A stretch of DNA of 63,249 nucleotides, filler included, from Folioceros fuciformis (taxonomy: Eukaryota), in the NCBI GenBank assembly GCA_049999805.1. It is 26 parts of 26 records of this genome, joined end to end, with 100 filler letters (N's around TTAATTAATTAA, not from the genome) between each part and the next. Parts side by side here need not be neighbours in the genome. Positions count along the whole stretch, not along the records: positions 12,045 to 13,522 come from JBNGIO010000807.1; positions 13,623 to 14,736 come from JBNGIO010000808.1; positions 14,837 to 19,457 come from JBNGIO010000809.1; positions 19,558 to 21,593 come from JBNGIO010000810.1; positions 21,694 to 22,875 come from JBNGIO010000811.1; positions 22,976 to 24,104 come from JBNGIO010000812.1; positions 24,205 to 33,111 come from JBNGIO010000813.1; 19 more parts are not named here. One strand, given 5' to 3'. Positions within the stretch are counted from its first letter, which is position 1. The number at the start of each line of letters is the position of its first letter. Position numbers and translations under genes: made by a program. This document shows, piece by piece, positions 12,045 through 24,574 of this stretch. The notes beneath the pieces are model-generated. The model saw nothing but the letters and a program-made list of their open reading frames with translations. It made no database searches and was not told where the DNA came from.

Positions 12045-13330
12045 AGCGCAACTGAGGAGTCGGGGAGCGGAAGTGGTGGACGAGACGTGAGCGGAGAGCG
12101 TAACCTCGGCAAAGAGCAAGCAGGCGCAACAGCGGCTGAGCGAGACAGAGGCGGCGCAGAGGATAACCGATCCAGCGGAGTCAGGTGGAGCAAAGAGAAG
12201 ACACGGCAAGATGAAGCGGGAGAGAGTCGCTGCGCAACTGGCGTCGGCAGAAGGGGCCATGGAGGAGGAGCAAGCTCCTGTGCCGCCAGTAGAGGTCGCC
12301 CTCTGGCCAAACATGGAGCACTAGCGGGTCAGGGCCGAAGGGCTGGTGGAAGAGCTAGGCCTCGGGTTCATGGCCCAGCGCTGGAACCATGTAGCTCCTG
12401 GTCTGGTGCAGGAGTGTGCTCAGCGGCTGAGGAGCTCAGCGAAGGAGGGAGGAATTCGGGGAAACCAAGAGGACTGGAGCGTAGACCTAGTGCGAGCGGT
12501 GTATGGGCGCAGCCAGGAGGAGGAAGGAGGACTTGTCCTCAAGTCGTTGAAGAAGCGCAACACTGCAGCAACCGCGGCAGCCTTGTTCAAGGCAGAAATT
12601 GGGTGAGTGGCCAAAGGATGGTTGGCGAGAGAGATGGCGACTGCCCAACTGATGGGCCTTGCAAGGTGGCTTCTTTGCTTCCTGAAGAATCAGAAGCAGG
12701 ACTACCTCTCTGACCATATGTTGTTTTTGCACGAGGTGGTCAAGGGTAGTCGAGTAGACTGGGGGAAAATTCTCTATGACAGGCTGAGTGAAGAGAGGTA
12801 GAACTTGGCCTCCTCCTCTCCCTGACTGTTGATGATTGCCCCATTCCTGATTCACTTGTATTGCCATGCCAACCTCCTGCCTGAGATTGAAGTCATTTCC
12901 TCACTGCACATGTGGAAGCCGGTGAGGGAAGTGAAGTGGGAGCCGGAGGAGCTAAAGGACGAAGTCGACTCCAGCAGCTGGGAGTCGAGGGCCACAGAGA
13001 GCTCAGAAGAGGAAACCCCGACCAGCAGGAAGCGGAAGGCAAGAGTAGCCCGGAGGACCCCTGTCAAGAGAAGAAAGACTGGTGGACGAGTCGCCAAGAG
13101 GACAAGCGAATCGGCGCAACAAGAGGTCGTCCAGGAGCGAGCCGAAAAGGAGTCGGAGGCACCTCAGGAAAAGGTGCCAGAAGTGGAAGCGGGCCTGGCT
13201 AAGGTGGCAGGCAAGTTAGGGCAAGTTCAGGAGGAAGGACCCTTCCTAGGATGGGAAGAAATTTTCAAGGGTGTCCCTCTTGTGACCAGATTGCAGGCGG
13301 AGGATCTAGCCAGATTGCGTGCTGTGGAAT
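12045..13330 (+). mobile_element. Degenerate retrotransposon accessory ORF (family C)
   Basis: LWPNMEH..LVEELGLGFM..VDWGKIL..IAPFLIHLYCHANLL, with stops. Homologous to 29289-31072 and 35240-36688. Confidence 0.7.
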
Positions 13331-13622
13331 GGAAAAGTTTGGTAATCGGTGTAGAAAAGTCTAACTTGGTTTCTTTTTGTTCAGAACAGTTCAAAGGGAG
13401 GCATGTGGAAGGTAGGTTTCTGGGCAAGTGCCCAAGGTAGGTAGTGAGTGGCTGGTGAAGGTTTTTATGGAGTTTTTTATATTCTGATAGGTTAGAATAA
13501 GAAGATACCTACATAGTAGGATNNNNNNNNNNNNNNNNNNNNNNNNNNNNNNNNNNNNNNNNNNNNTTAATTAATTAANNNNNNNNNNNNNNNNNNNNNN
13601 NNNNNNNNNNNNNNNNNNNNNN

Positions 13623-14736
13623 AAGGTTGGGAGATTAGGTTAGAATAGTAGCTAGATTTATGGTGAGTCGATAGGGAAGGTAGGTTGTGTGGTAGATAGG
13701 ACACGGGCTCTAGTTCCTCACGGTAAGGTAACGGAGGAATAGGAAACCCTAGGACGGGTCGTGGAAGGCGAGCCGGGGGTTCTCTGGCTGTTGCTAGGAG
13801 AAGCGGGAGATGGAGATCGAGGTGCCTGGGGCCGAGGACTTGGGAGCAGGCAACCGGGTTGGTGGCTGTTGGGAAGCTTAGGCCGCAACCTAGCTCGGTC
13901 CGGTCAGGCAGGAAGCAAAGGTGTTGTCGGATTTGGGCTAGGCGAGCCTTGGTGGATCCAAGCGGTGAGGGCTGGCAGACGTGGTGTGTCAGGCAGAACT
14001 GGTCGGTTTCAGCAGGAGGACGACACTGGGCCAGGATGGATGGGACTCGACTGGGCCATGCAGCAGGCCAGCCAGGTGAAGGCAGACTCGAGACCAGCGC
14101 AAGCGGCCATGCAGCTGGGCTAGGAGACGTTGGGAGGCGGGTCAGTTCGAGTCTGGAGGGCAGCGAAGCCGAAGGGGGCCGACCGATGGAGACCCAGGAG
14201 TAAGGCGTGTCGAGCAATCGAGCTGGGCCGAGGGGTTTGCCGGATCTAAGGGGGCTTGGCCGAAGATGGCCGCGGGGTTGCAGGCCTCTAGGGCTATTAC
14301 TGGAGCAGTGGGCGGGTTAGGTGGCCAGGCAAGGCGTGAGCAGTCCCGTTCGGGTCCAGACATAGCAGCCGAGCAGGGTGCTGGACCCGGAAGCCAACAA
14401 GGCTGGTGTGTGGCCTCGGCACACATGGGTGGCTGGCAAGGCGGGTGGTGGTGGCGCATCGAAGCTGGCTAGGATGGACCTGAGCCAGGCCAAGGGTTGG
14501 GCTGGCTGGGGTTATTCACGACCAGAGCTAGGTAGTCTGGGAGCTCGAGGGGTAGCCAGCCGGCAGGCAGGCCAGCTGATTGGAGTGGCTGGCTAGCTTA
14601 GGTAGATGGCGGCGATGGCCGCAGCCCGGGGGAGCTCCTTGACGGCGGAGGATCCAGAAGACGAGCAAATCCGGGCCGAGGGCGAGACTGGGCAGTGGCG
14701 GCTGTGGCAGAAGGTAGACCCGACCACAGCAGGTGC
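13623..14736. repeat. GC-rich degenerate short-motif repeat (GGCAGG/GGCTGG/GCCGG), probably transposon internal sequence
   Basis: Its composition mirrors the reverse complement of 33212-34530. The predicted ORFs are low-complexity only. Confidence 0.5.
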
Positions 14737-16519
14737 NNNNNNNNNNNNNNNNNNNNNNNNNNNNNNNNNNNNNNNNNNNNTTAATTAATTAANNNNNNNN
14801 NNNNNNNNNNNNNNNNNNNNNNNNNNNNNNNNNNNNCACAACATATTGCGAATTGCAGCAGCGTCCCGTGGGGCGGGGGGGGGGGGGGGGGGAGAGAAGA
14901 GAAAGACGTGGAAACACGAGGCGTTCTTCAGCTAGCTTCATCGATATCCCCGTGCACAATCCCTCCCATGAATACACTCCAGGGCATCCACGAGGTCAGC
15001 AGCATAGAAGCGAGCTTCACTCGAAGAGAAACGGCCCCTCTGGAAAATGTCTGAACCAACAACGGACGGTAGTTTCGTCAAATAAAGTTAGCAAGCAGTG
15101 GTACCATCGTGCAGCACCTTGAGCACTTACGAAGCGCTGAGAACGCTGAAGATGAATGTCCCCTACATGCGCACGGCCACGCCCACGCTGCATTCTCTAG
15201 TGCAAACAGGTGCTGCACCAAGTTCATCCGGCCACGAAGCTCGCCCCCATCGAAGCACTTCGTCCCCATGTCCGAACATGCATGCTCAGGAACCAATTCA
15301 AGTCACAGGATTCATTCAGTGGCCCGACGTTCTGGAACATTCAGTGGCCCGACTGGAACCGTACCAGGAGTTGTTGCAGAAAGTGAAGACTGTCGTGCGC
15401 TCCATTTCGACATACTTAGTTATCTGCTCCTCGATCGACTTCGATCACCCTGAGATGCGGTTCAAAACTCAGACCAGGACAGAAACCCACGTCACGAGAT
15501 GGCTTTCGTACATCCTGGGGATATTAGACATGGACAGTGGCAACCGTCATGCAAACATAGGAACTGTAGCGATATGGACCATCTGAAAAATTTACCAGAT
15601 TTGGACTGTGTTGTTTAGATTTCTATGATGAGAAATTTGGTCAGCATGGCAGGGCTGTGTTGCCTAGCCAAACGACGGCCGGCGCTGCAGCTTCCATGAT
15701 GGTGGCGATCTGAGGGCTGCTGTCCCTGGAACGGCCCGCGCGGCCTCCCGCAGGCTCTCCCACAGGGCCGGCACCAGCGTCATTAGCAACGCTGCCGGTC
15801 TCCGCGCCGCGCACATCTCCGCGCCCGGGACCTGGCCCCGCGCCCTCCACGACCGCGGCGAGAAGGAGAAGCTACTCGTGGGTCCGTGTCTGTGTCCGCT
15901 CCAAGCCCGCCATGCATTCCGTTCCTCCCCCATTTTGTTGCTTCAGCCTGGGACGACAAACTGAGTTGCCTCATGGCCTGTGCAGTTCCAAGTGAGGGAG
16001 CCCATCAACGAGGACCCGTTCGTGGATCTCGTGGAAACCCCGGTAGCCTCCTGGAGCCCGCTGGTGGCATGGTATCTGTCCAGCCCGCCGTGAGCCCGGG
16101 GCGTACTGCACCGCGGTGAGCCCGCTGCTGGGGGTGGCCCACTGGATCCTTCCTTGTGGGTTCGTCCGTGAAGGCAGGACCTGTGCGCAACACACAGAGA
16201 GGTGGCGGGCGTAGGTGGCCTCGCCCCCTGTAGGACATTGCCCAGTTGAAGGATTGCAAGGTAGCCGAGCCGACAGGGATGCGGACCGTTGAGGGCTGGC
16301 CGGGCCAACCTCTGGTCCGGGCGAGTGTTCTTCCGCACCCCGACCCCGTCTGGCTGCGCTTCCTCGTCTAAAACATTTTTTTTTTAAATAAGCATTCCAC
16401 AGAATGTTCCTTTTCGCATCCCATCCCCGTTCCCGAGAATATGGGTTAATTGAATTTTCACTTCCTACCCTCTGCGAAGTCGTCCCTTCCTCTCTCTCAT
16501 GTCACACATCAAGGCGTAG

Positions 16520-16561
16520 ACAGACAAGACAAGACCAGACCAGACCAGACCAGACCAGACC
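16520..16561. repeat. (CCAGA/CAAGA)n microsatellite
   Basis: Directly visible. Confidence 0.85.
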
Positions 16562-16622
16562 ACCAAGTAGGGCATTGATGCTATCACAATCACGGTTTTG
16601 GTGGGCCCGAGAAACCAAAACG

Positions 16623-17780
16623 CTAGCCATGGAGTCTATGGTGGCACACCATATTATCCCTTCCATCATCCACCACTCTGACGATGTGCACACGCATCTC
16701 TCCCTGCTGCTTGTTTTGGAGTTCAAATACACACACATCGTGGATATCCAAATTGTGACCCAAAGCAAAAGTGCGCCAACCTGCACTCAGCGCTGAACTC
16801 GTTCCTTCTTTGCCAGTAACATATCGGACCTCCTGGCGTCTATTGGAGCTATCGATGAGACAAATGTTAGCCTTCACCTTCCCAAGGTGCTGGAAGCAAA
16901 ATTTCGTGGGCAAGTTCTGCGACACCAACACACATCAGTCATGTACATGACATTGTGCATCCATCTCATGATCACTGTTGCAAATTCTTCATCATGGATT
17001 ATTTTGTCTAGTCAACACTTGTCTACTTGACTTAGATCAAGACCATATCAAATCATGACAACTGAGTTAGATAAGGACCATATCAATTTGTGACCACTTG
17101 ATTAGGGAAGGAAGAAATGCTTACAAGCTTGAACCCATAATGCACATGCGACTTCTTCAACTCCACCAACACACACGGATAGTGGCAATTGCTGGCTAGT
17201 GTTGCAGCTGCCTCCTTAGCACGACGACACTCGTCCTCTGTCACTGCTCTTCTTGTAGAGGTATGGACCCATCTAGATGGACCCGACGCACACGGAGTAC
17301 CACCTAACTCAGAATTGGGGATTGTCTCCTCGTGATCCACAAGCATCTTGCTGAAGTTAATCTTGAAGTCTGTGAACCCATCCCTCCTTGCCTGCAAACC
17401 CTGATTTTCGTCCCTCCTTGTCTGCAAACCCTGATTTTCGTTTTCGAATTCATCGGTCTCTTGCTTCACCGGTATAAGAGGATGCAAGACCCTCAACTCT
17501 ACCCCCACCTCGTCTTTGCCGGCGCCTGCCTGTGGCTTCGGCGCCAGATACTCTTCGTAATCCTCCTCCATATTCTCCAGCTTCATCGGCGGACGAGGAT
17601 GCATGACCCTGATCTTCGCCATCACCTCGTCTCGGCCCACCCCTGTGTGCTTGTGTGCTCGCGTGTTGGGCGCCAAATACTCTTCGTAATCCTCCTCCAT
17701 ATTCTCCAACTCAACTAAGCTGGCTTCACCCAATGACATGCTTCCGCACAGCTTTGCCCGTGCCCACTCTGATCTCCAAT
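16623..17780 (-). CDS. B3 DNA-binding domain protein (REM-like), last two exons (about 17780-17125 and 16916-16623)
   Basis: PCVLVELKKSHVHYGFKL|NLPTKFC...LSAGWRTFALGHNLDIHDVCVFEL...MRVHIVRV. A GTAAGC donor at 17124 and a GCAG acceptor at 16917 join the exons in phase 0. Confidence 0.85.
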
Positions 17781-17899
17781 CTTGCAAATGAGCCAAACCC
17801 TACACAAACCATGCTTAAACCACCCTCCCTTAGGTTATTTATTCGACGGACCAACCGACTCCACACAAACGTGTCGTGTTTACGGCATCCTCGTTTAGG

Positions 17900-18900
17900 T
17901 CAGCTATTTGACGGCCAGGGTACTACGGGCAAGGTTATGACGAATTTAAACACCACCCGGGAGTATGGTCCCCATGCCCTCACTCCCCAGGTACGCGTGG
18001 TCCTTTCCCCGTACTCCGTGATACTGCTGTCCACGAACGAAAATCCCCAGGGATCTGTCAGAATCATGTCCCCTACGCTGTGCTGGTATTGCATCCGCCC
18101 CTATGGATACCATGCTGCAATCCTGCAGTCACTAGCACGTAAGAACATGCTGTCTACCAGCAAACAGCACCACTAACCGCAATGTGATAATTGGCCAGAG
18201 GTACTCCAATTGCGTGCATGCTGCCTCGTCCGTTGAGACCCCATCTCGGACGATAGAAGTCCACGGTTCCCACAATCTGGCAGCTTTCGAAGTACTGTGG
18301 TCCGCGGTGGTCATAGAGAGTGTCTTGGGCACAGCAGAAGCCACACTTGAGGACAGCAGCTCTGTTCCCCAAGACACAGCTTGGCCCCCGATTAATTGCT
18401 CTTGGGGGAGGAACGGGTACTGTATTCTGGGGTCATACACAAGTAGAGTGGTACCAGATGAGAACGTGAATTGCAGGTGCCAGGAAGACTCCAAATCGCA
18501 GTAACTTGAGGAGGTGTTGCAAAAATTTCACTCGGAATGCACAGCAAAGGATGCACTCTTGAAAGTCTTTAAGCATTCAACAGTATAACCAGCAGTATGG
18601 TCAGCCGTCGAGCTCCACTCGGTTCTGGTGACTTACCTTTCTTTGGACTGTGATGTAAGGGCCTTCCTGCCCATGGCCACCATTTCCCTGGGTGCCTACC
18701 ATTAGGTGCCAATTTACATTAACCCAACGGAAAGGGAGGACATTTTCTGCATCTGTGTCACACCTTCGGGACTCGACTAAGAGACGTAAGACGAAGTCAG
18801 CGCCTATAAACGCCCGGCACAACATCAACAGTGATCCACTACTCGTTCCCAATCGGCAATGAGTGGATTGCTTCCTACACTGTCATGTCATCTCCTCGCC
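17900..18900 (-). pseudogene. Pectin methylesterase (pectinesterase) pseudogene
   Basis: PME motifs in order, across frameshifts and stops: GDDMTV*EAIHSLP, VVPGVYR|EMV, PYITV, GQAV, AQDTLYDHRGPQYF..C.IVGTVDF, GFSFVDSSIT, RAWGPYSRVVF. Confidence 0.85.
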
Positions 18901-19557
18901 CATGTTAACAATCGATAGCATTTGAGTCACATTAGACTAGTGTAAATCAGCCATTCCTGTGCGGAGGAAAAAAGAATTTGGTGTCACAGAGACTGCGGCC
19001 CAAGGACCTGAGCACTTCCCACAATACTCCTCGGTTAGATCTCCCGAGCAATTTCTTGGCTTTGTTTGTTCAAGAGCTGCCAACAAGTGAAGCCCATCCA
19101 GAAGAAGGGCAGCCATGTTCGTCCATCCACGTGGGTGGGATCAGCTAAGACATAATGGTACACTGATGCAATCTTGGCATATTAGGTTAGAGCAGCCCGG
19201 CAGTCCCAAACTCGAATGGCTTTTTCTGACCGCTTTTGCAACTCTCCGGAACTTGGCGTCCCCACTCCAGAAACTGCTGCTGCTCAGCTTGGTCCCTCGT
19301 CAGCTGCTGGGATTGGGAATTTGGAATTTCAAGCCTGGGCTAGAGTGTTGGAGCTGATCAGGCGTGGCCAGGACCAGGCCAAGACAGACAACGCATGCGA
19401 CAGATGGATCCGATAAATCCATCCTAGTCCTGCAATCAGGGTGAGAAGCAGCCACCCNNNNNNNNNNNNNNNNNNNNNNNNNNNNNNNNNNNNNNNNNNN
19501 NTTAATTAATTAANNNNNNNNNNNNNNNNNNNNNNNNNNNNNNNNNNNNNNNNNNNN

Positions 19558-21495
19558 TTTTTTTTTGTGAGAGCTCCCTTGACCTTGTGTGTAGGCTGCT
19601 GGGTTAGAGGTTTAACCCAGTGTGCAGATGTGCCTCGGCCTTGATTCCCCATTCCACTAGGGGAACGTGGTGGCTCCCAAAATGGCCGAGATCTGGTGGC
19701 CAGATCCGCAGGGGCTGACCTTTCTTGCATGCTGGTTGGGTGGTTGGGATACCTTGATGTCCCTAAGGGGTTTCCAAGGCGACGGATTGCAGGGCTGTGA
19801 GCCGAGGGGGCCATCCAGCCCGGGTCTGCACATCCCTGCCTCAAGGACTGCAAGTGAGGGCTTGCTGTGTTTCAAAATCCAGGAGTGAGACGTGATGGTG
19901 AAGGATTGAAGAGTTGGAGTGCTGGAGTAGAGGTTTGAAGTGCTGGAGTAGAGGCTTGAAGTGCTGGAGTAGAGAGTTGTTGTGCTAAGTGTGGTTAGGT
20001 CTAGGAGCCGGCTGATAGATAGGATCAAATTAGGGCAGAGTGGGGGAAATTGTAGGAAACCTTGACACTAGTTCACTCCCTTGGGAGCAAATCCTAGTAC
20101 TACGACGATAACAAGGGGGAAGTGTGGCCCTTGGTGGTTCTTGGATGCAAGTTCTACTCCACATTTTGGCGCCGTTGCTAGGGAGTGGCATTGCTGTCAA
20201 GGTTGGAGAGGACTAACCTGGATAGGGGACTGTACAAGGGAATGTGGCAGGGCTGATGGATGCCCCGCATAGGTGCTGAAGATTTCAACTCCAGCTGTGA
20301 AGGGGGAGCTCAAGCTCAATCAAGGAGGCAGCAGCAAGTATTGGAGCATGAGCAAAGAGCAATAGAGAGGGAGCTGAGGCGGGCCCAACCTGGGCATACA
20401 CCAGCAAGGAGGAGGAGAGGGGCAAGCAACCAGCAAGAAGTGGGGGATTCAGTCACGTTGGAGCGAGACCCCCAACTTTCTACTGCGGGGAAGGGGCCTA
20501 GTTCAGGCCAACCTAACCCGAGTCTGCCCTTAGGTCCTCAACCAGGGCTTGTGCAAGGACTTAGGAGTGCAGGAGCTGAAGGATTGAGCAACATCAGCCA
20601 AATTACAGGGGCTGGAGCTGCTGGGTCTGCAATTGCAGGAGGGAGTGCAAGCACCATGGCGACACCAGCTACTGCAATGTCCACCAAACAGCCGTACCCC
20701 TTGTATGGTGAGAAGAAGGGGTATGAGGACCCGGATGAATTTGTGGAAAACTTTGAGCAGTTGACCCTCGCTAACCAGGAATCAGCGGATGCACAGCGCG
20801 TCCAATTGTTCTATGGTGTGCTGCGTGGGGGGCCTGCCAGTACAGGAGGGAGTACCTCAAGGCCGGCACCTTTCTAGCAACTTTTGACGTGCTGAAAAGG
20901 GCCATTTGCGAGCGGTTCAGGGGAATAGACATAGAGGGCTACGTGCTATCCAAACTAGAGGCCTTGAGAAGGAGGAGGAAAGAGACTTTACAGGCTTATG
21001 TGGAGAGGTTCCACAGCGTGCAAGATCGCTGTGGCCCTCATTCAGACTTGCAGGCCATTCGGTGGTTTGCTGGGGGCCTGGGGGCTAGGATGGGGGGTCA
21101 CGTGAGGTTGTTTGCAGAAAAGGATGTGGATAGGGCGATCAAGACAACCCTCAATTATGAGGAGTCCCATCCTTGGGGCAAAGGGAAATCCAGGAAGGGG
21201 AAGGAGAGAGTGAGGGAGAAGGACAAGAAGAAGAACAGGCCTAGGAAGGGGAAGAAGAAGAGGGAGCCATCTTCCTCGGATGAAGATTCCTCCGAGGAGA
21301 GCGATTTTTCAGAAGAGTCAGCAGCGGAGACCTCGTCATCTTCAGTAGGGGACAGCTCAGAGGAGGAGTCCTCGGAGGACGAGGTAGTCAAGGAAAGACT
21401 GAAGAAGAAGGAGCAAGAGGAGGCTAGGCGGAAGAAGGAAGTAAGGAAGGCAAAGGATCTGGCCAAGGCCAAGCAAGAGGTGGCTCTAGAACTAG
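19558..21495 (+). mobile_element. Athila/Tat-like Ty3/gypsy 5' end: LTR D (to 20163), tRNA-Asp-type PBS (20167-20184), degenerate gag
   Basis: ...CCACA-TTT-TGGCGCCGTTGCTAGGGA. Gag reads YPLYGEKKGYEDPDEFVENFE..ETLQAYVERF with a K-rich then S/E-rich tail. Homologous to 37008-38463. Confidence 0.85.
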
Positions 21496-21693
21496 GATCG
21501 ATGGCAGATAGATTGCATAAAAGGAATGAATGAATTATGGCGTGCGCGTGAGGCCGCTTAAAAGATGTGCGGGTGGACACGACCGTTGGGAGTNNNNNNN
21601 NNNNNNNNNNNNNNNNNNNNNNNNNNNNNNNNNNNNNTTAATTAATTAANNNNNNNNNNNNNNNNNNNNNNNNNNNNNNNNNNNNNNNNNNNN

Positions 21694-22533
21694 TCAGATT
21701 GTACTTCATCAGACAAAGTATATAAAGGAGATTTTAAAGCAGTTTCACCTTGATAGTGCCAAGTCTGTTGCCACTCCCTCTGCAGTGGGGGAAAAGCTGA
21801 CATCTTTCATGTCTCCGAAGACTGCTGATGAACTCAGAGACATGAAGGCTGTCCCTTATGCAGAGGCAGTTGGCTGTCTTATATATCTGGCAAATTGGAC
21901 CCGACCAGATATTAGCTATGCTGTCTCCGTGGTGTCTCAATTGCTTCAATCCCCTAGCAGGCAGCATTAGGCAGCAGTTAAGAGGATTTATCGCTATCTT
22001 AAGGGAACCCTATCCTATGGCCTCCAGTATACAAGTAGTGGGAGTAAGAAGGTTGACCTTATCTCGTTCGCTGATGCAGACTGGGCTTCGGACTCAGACA
22101 CCAGAAAAAGCTTGTCAGCATATTGTTGTCTCTTAGTCTCTGGGGCTGTGAGTTGGAGCTGCAAGAAGTAGACCTCCTTGGCACTCTCATCTACAGAGGC
22201 AAATACAAAGCCCTCACTGATGCCTGTAAAGAAGTAGAATGGCAGAGGCAGTTCTTGGAGTCAGTGAATCAGTCACAGTCTGGGCCAACATTACTTCACT
22301 GTGACAATATGAGTGCTATTGCACTGGTGACCAACCCCAGATTCCATGCGAGGACCAAGCATATTGAGCTCTATCATCACTATATCAGAGATATAGCAGA
22401 ACGAGGTGTAGTGAAGGTGGAGTATATCAACACAAATTTGAACATCGCAGACATACTTACTAAGGGGCTTCCCAAAGCCAGACATTTTCAGCACATGGCT
22501 GCCCTAGGTTTAAGAGAGTTCAGCTATCCTTGA
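21694..22533 (+). mobile_element. Ty1/copia RT C-terminus and RNase H remnant
   Basis: PYAEAVGCL..TRPDI, ADADWA and CDNMSA..HARTKHI. Confidence 0.92.
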
Positions 22534-22975
22534 CAAGGAAGTTCAGACTTTCTATCCTAAGCAGGGCTGTGACTAAAGCCTGTACAAAAATCCTATCCAC
22601 ACAATAGGAGCTTTCACCTTCAAAGGTCTTAGCCACTGCTGGAATGAGGAGCAGTCTTAGGCTCACAACCTTCCTGCACAGGGTAGAACAGGTCTGCTGT
22701 TAGTTTTCCCTGAACATGCTAGCTTGGTGGATGAAGCATAGAGACTTTATCAAATCGCAGACAACACATGGGTCAGGTTTTTACAGTTTAGGTAGGCTTC
22801 TTTACTCACTGGTTACAGTCTCTTCCCGCACATGGGGCAAAGTCAGCTCCTGTAGGCACACACGCTGCAGTCCCGNNNNNNNNNNNNNNNNNNNNNNNNN
22901 NNNNNNNNNNNNNNNNNNNTTAATTAATTAANNNNNNNNNNNNNNNNNNNNNNNNNNNNNNNNNNNNNNNNNNNN

Positions 22976-23482
22976 AGCCCACCTTGCGCCCACGGCCGGG
23001 CGCTCCTAGCATCCTTGCCGAAGCGTGGCAGCCCGTGCTACCATTGCCTCTCCCCTGAGCACATCGAGGTTGGAGACTCCTGTCGCCCCGGAATGCCACA
23101 CACACTCGGATGAGTTCCTCATGGTCGCCTTGCTCACTTCCTCCGCAACAACTACAGTCATCACCCTTGCTCCATACCGAGCTCTGATACCACTTAAAGG
23201 AATGCTAGAGGAGCCTGGTGAAGGAGAGGAGAGGAGGAGGCAAGGAGGAGGAGAAAGGAGAGGTCACACTCTCACACAGTCTCAAATGGCAAGGGAGCTC
23301 AAGGGGGTATTTATACCCTCTAGAAGAGCTCCCTAGGAAGCTTCACAAGAAGCGCACAGGAAGCTACGCAAGAAGCTTCCTACAGATTAGCTTAAGGTAA
23401 TCTAAACTAATGGTACTTAACTAGACACTGATCTTAGACTAAACACATTAGTCTAAGCTCATTGGGCTTTAATAACCCTACA
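22976..23482 (-). mobile_element. LTR family A, 5' LTR (23195-23482), PBS (23181-23192) and start of the internal region
   Basis: Perfect TGGTATCAGAGC. The internal sequence resembles positions 1-284. The element abuts a copia integrase. Confidence 0.9.
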
Positions 23483-24104
23483 AAGGTTACAGAGACCCTT
23501 GAGCTGGTTCACTCCGACATATGTGGACCAATGTCTTCTCCCTCTTGGGGAGGAGCAAGGTACTTTGTAGTCTTCAAGGATGACATAACTCATTTCACTT
23601 TTACGGCTTTGCTAAAGCATAAAAGTGAAGTCTTCGACTATTTTAAAAAATACTTAGTATACGCTGAGAGGCAAACAGGAAGATAGCTTAAGTGCATTAG
23701 GTCAGATAATGCCAAGGAGTACTTGTCTCATGCTTTTCAAGAGTTCTGCGAGGATAGGGGCATAACAAGGCAACTAACAATCCCCTATCATTCTGAAATG
23801 AATGGAAGAGCCGAGCGACATCATCGTACCATTCAGGATTCGGCTCGGACACTTTTTATTTCAGGGGAGATTGCCATTTCGCTTCTAGGCAGAAGCTGTG
23901 CAGGTTGCCACCTACTTGCAGAACCAAATAGTTGTTTCCTCTCTACGAGGCCAGACACCATTTGAAGCTTGGACAGGAGTTCGACCAGATTTGGCACACC
24001 CTCAAGTGTTTGGGAGTACAACATATGCACACATTCCAGATAAGCTTCGTCAAAAGTTTTCTTATAAGTCAAGACAACATATTTTCATCGGCTATACTGG
24101 AGGT
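23483..24104 (+). mobile_element. Ty1/copia integrase remnant
   Basis: LELVHSDICGP, RSDN and EMNGRAER. Confidence 0.92.
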
Positions 24105-24204
24105 NNNNNNNNNNNNNNNNNNNNNNNNNNNNNNNNNNNNNNNNNNNNTTAATTAATTAANNNNNNNNNNNNNNNNNNNNNNNNNNNNNNNNNNNNNNNN
24201 NNNN

Positions 24205-24574
24205 ACATAGGATACTCGATTTTTCTTTGCTCTTTCCGACAACTGCAAGACTGCTGCCAGCAAATACCTGCCCGACAGCTACGAGACTAAAGAAAAAAGA
24301 GAACGAGAGGGGGGTAGGGCGCCATGGTCAGCCATGGTGCCCTCCCGACATGGTCCTCAGCGGAGCCTAGGCTCTGATACCATGTGAACTTTCCTAATGG
24401 GTAGAAAGGGCGGAAGCATGAATTAGAGACGATTAGGAAGTACATAGGGTAGGGGCCCTTTTATAAGAGCCAAGGCACCCCTTCGTAGGGGTGCGACGAT
24501 TCGCTTAACGAGCTAGGTTAGCCTAACTCGCCTGACTATTAGCTAGGGTTATGTAACTCTTACTAAACTTAACA
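24205..24574 (-). mobile_element. Nested LTR element 5' end: 192-bp LTR (24383-24574) plus PBS (24371-24382)
   Basis: TGT...ACA termini and TGGTATCAGAGC on the minus strand. It interrupts the host RT at YKVRL. Confidence 0.85.

Noticed and set aside
14853-16338. Genes in the GC-rich stretch, including a possible MYND-like CxxC (LRKCSRC) and the 162-aa ORF at 15098-15586
   Set aside because: The motif is incomplete, there is no consistent frame or splice structure, and overlapping ORFs are expected at this GC content. Left uncalled.
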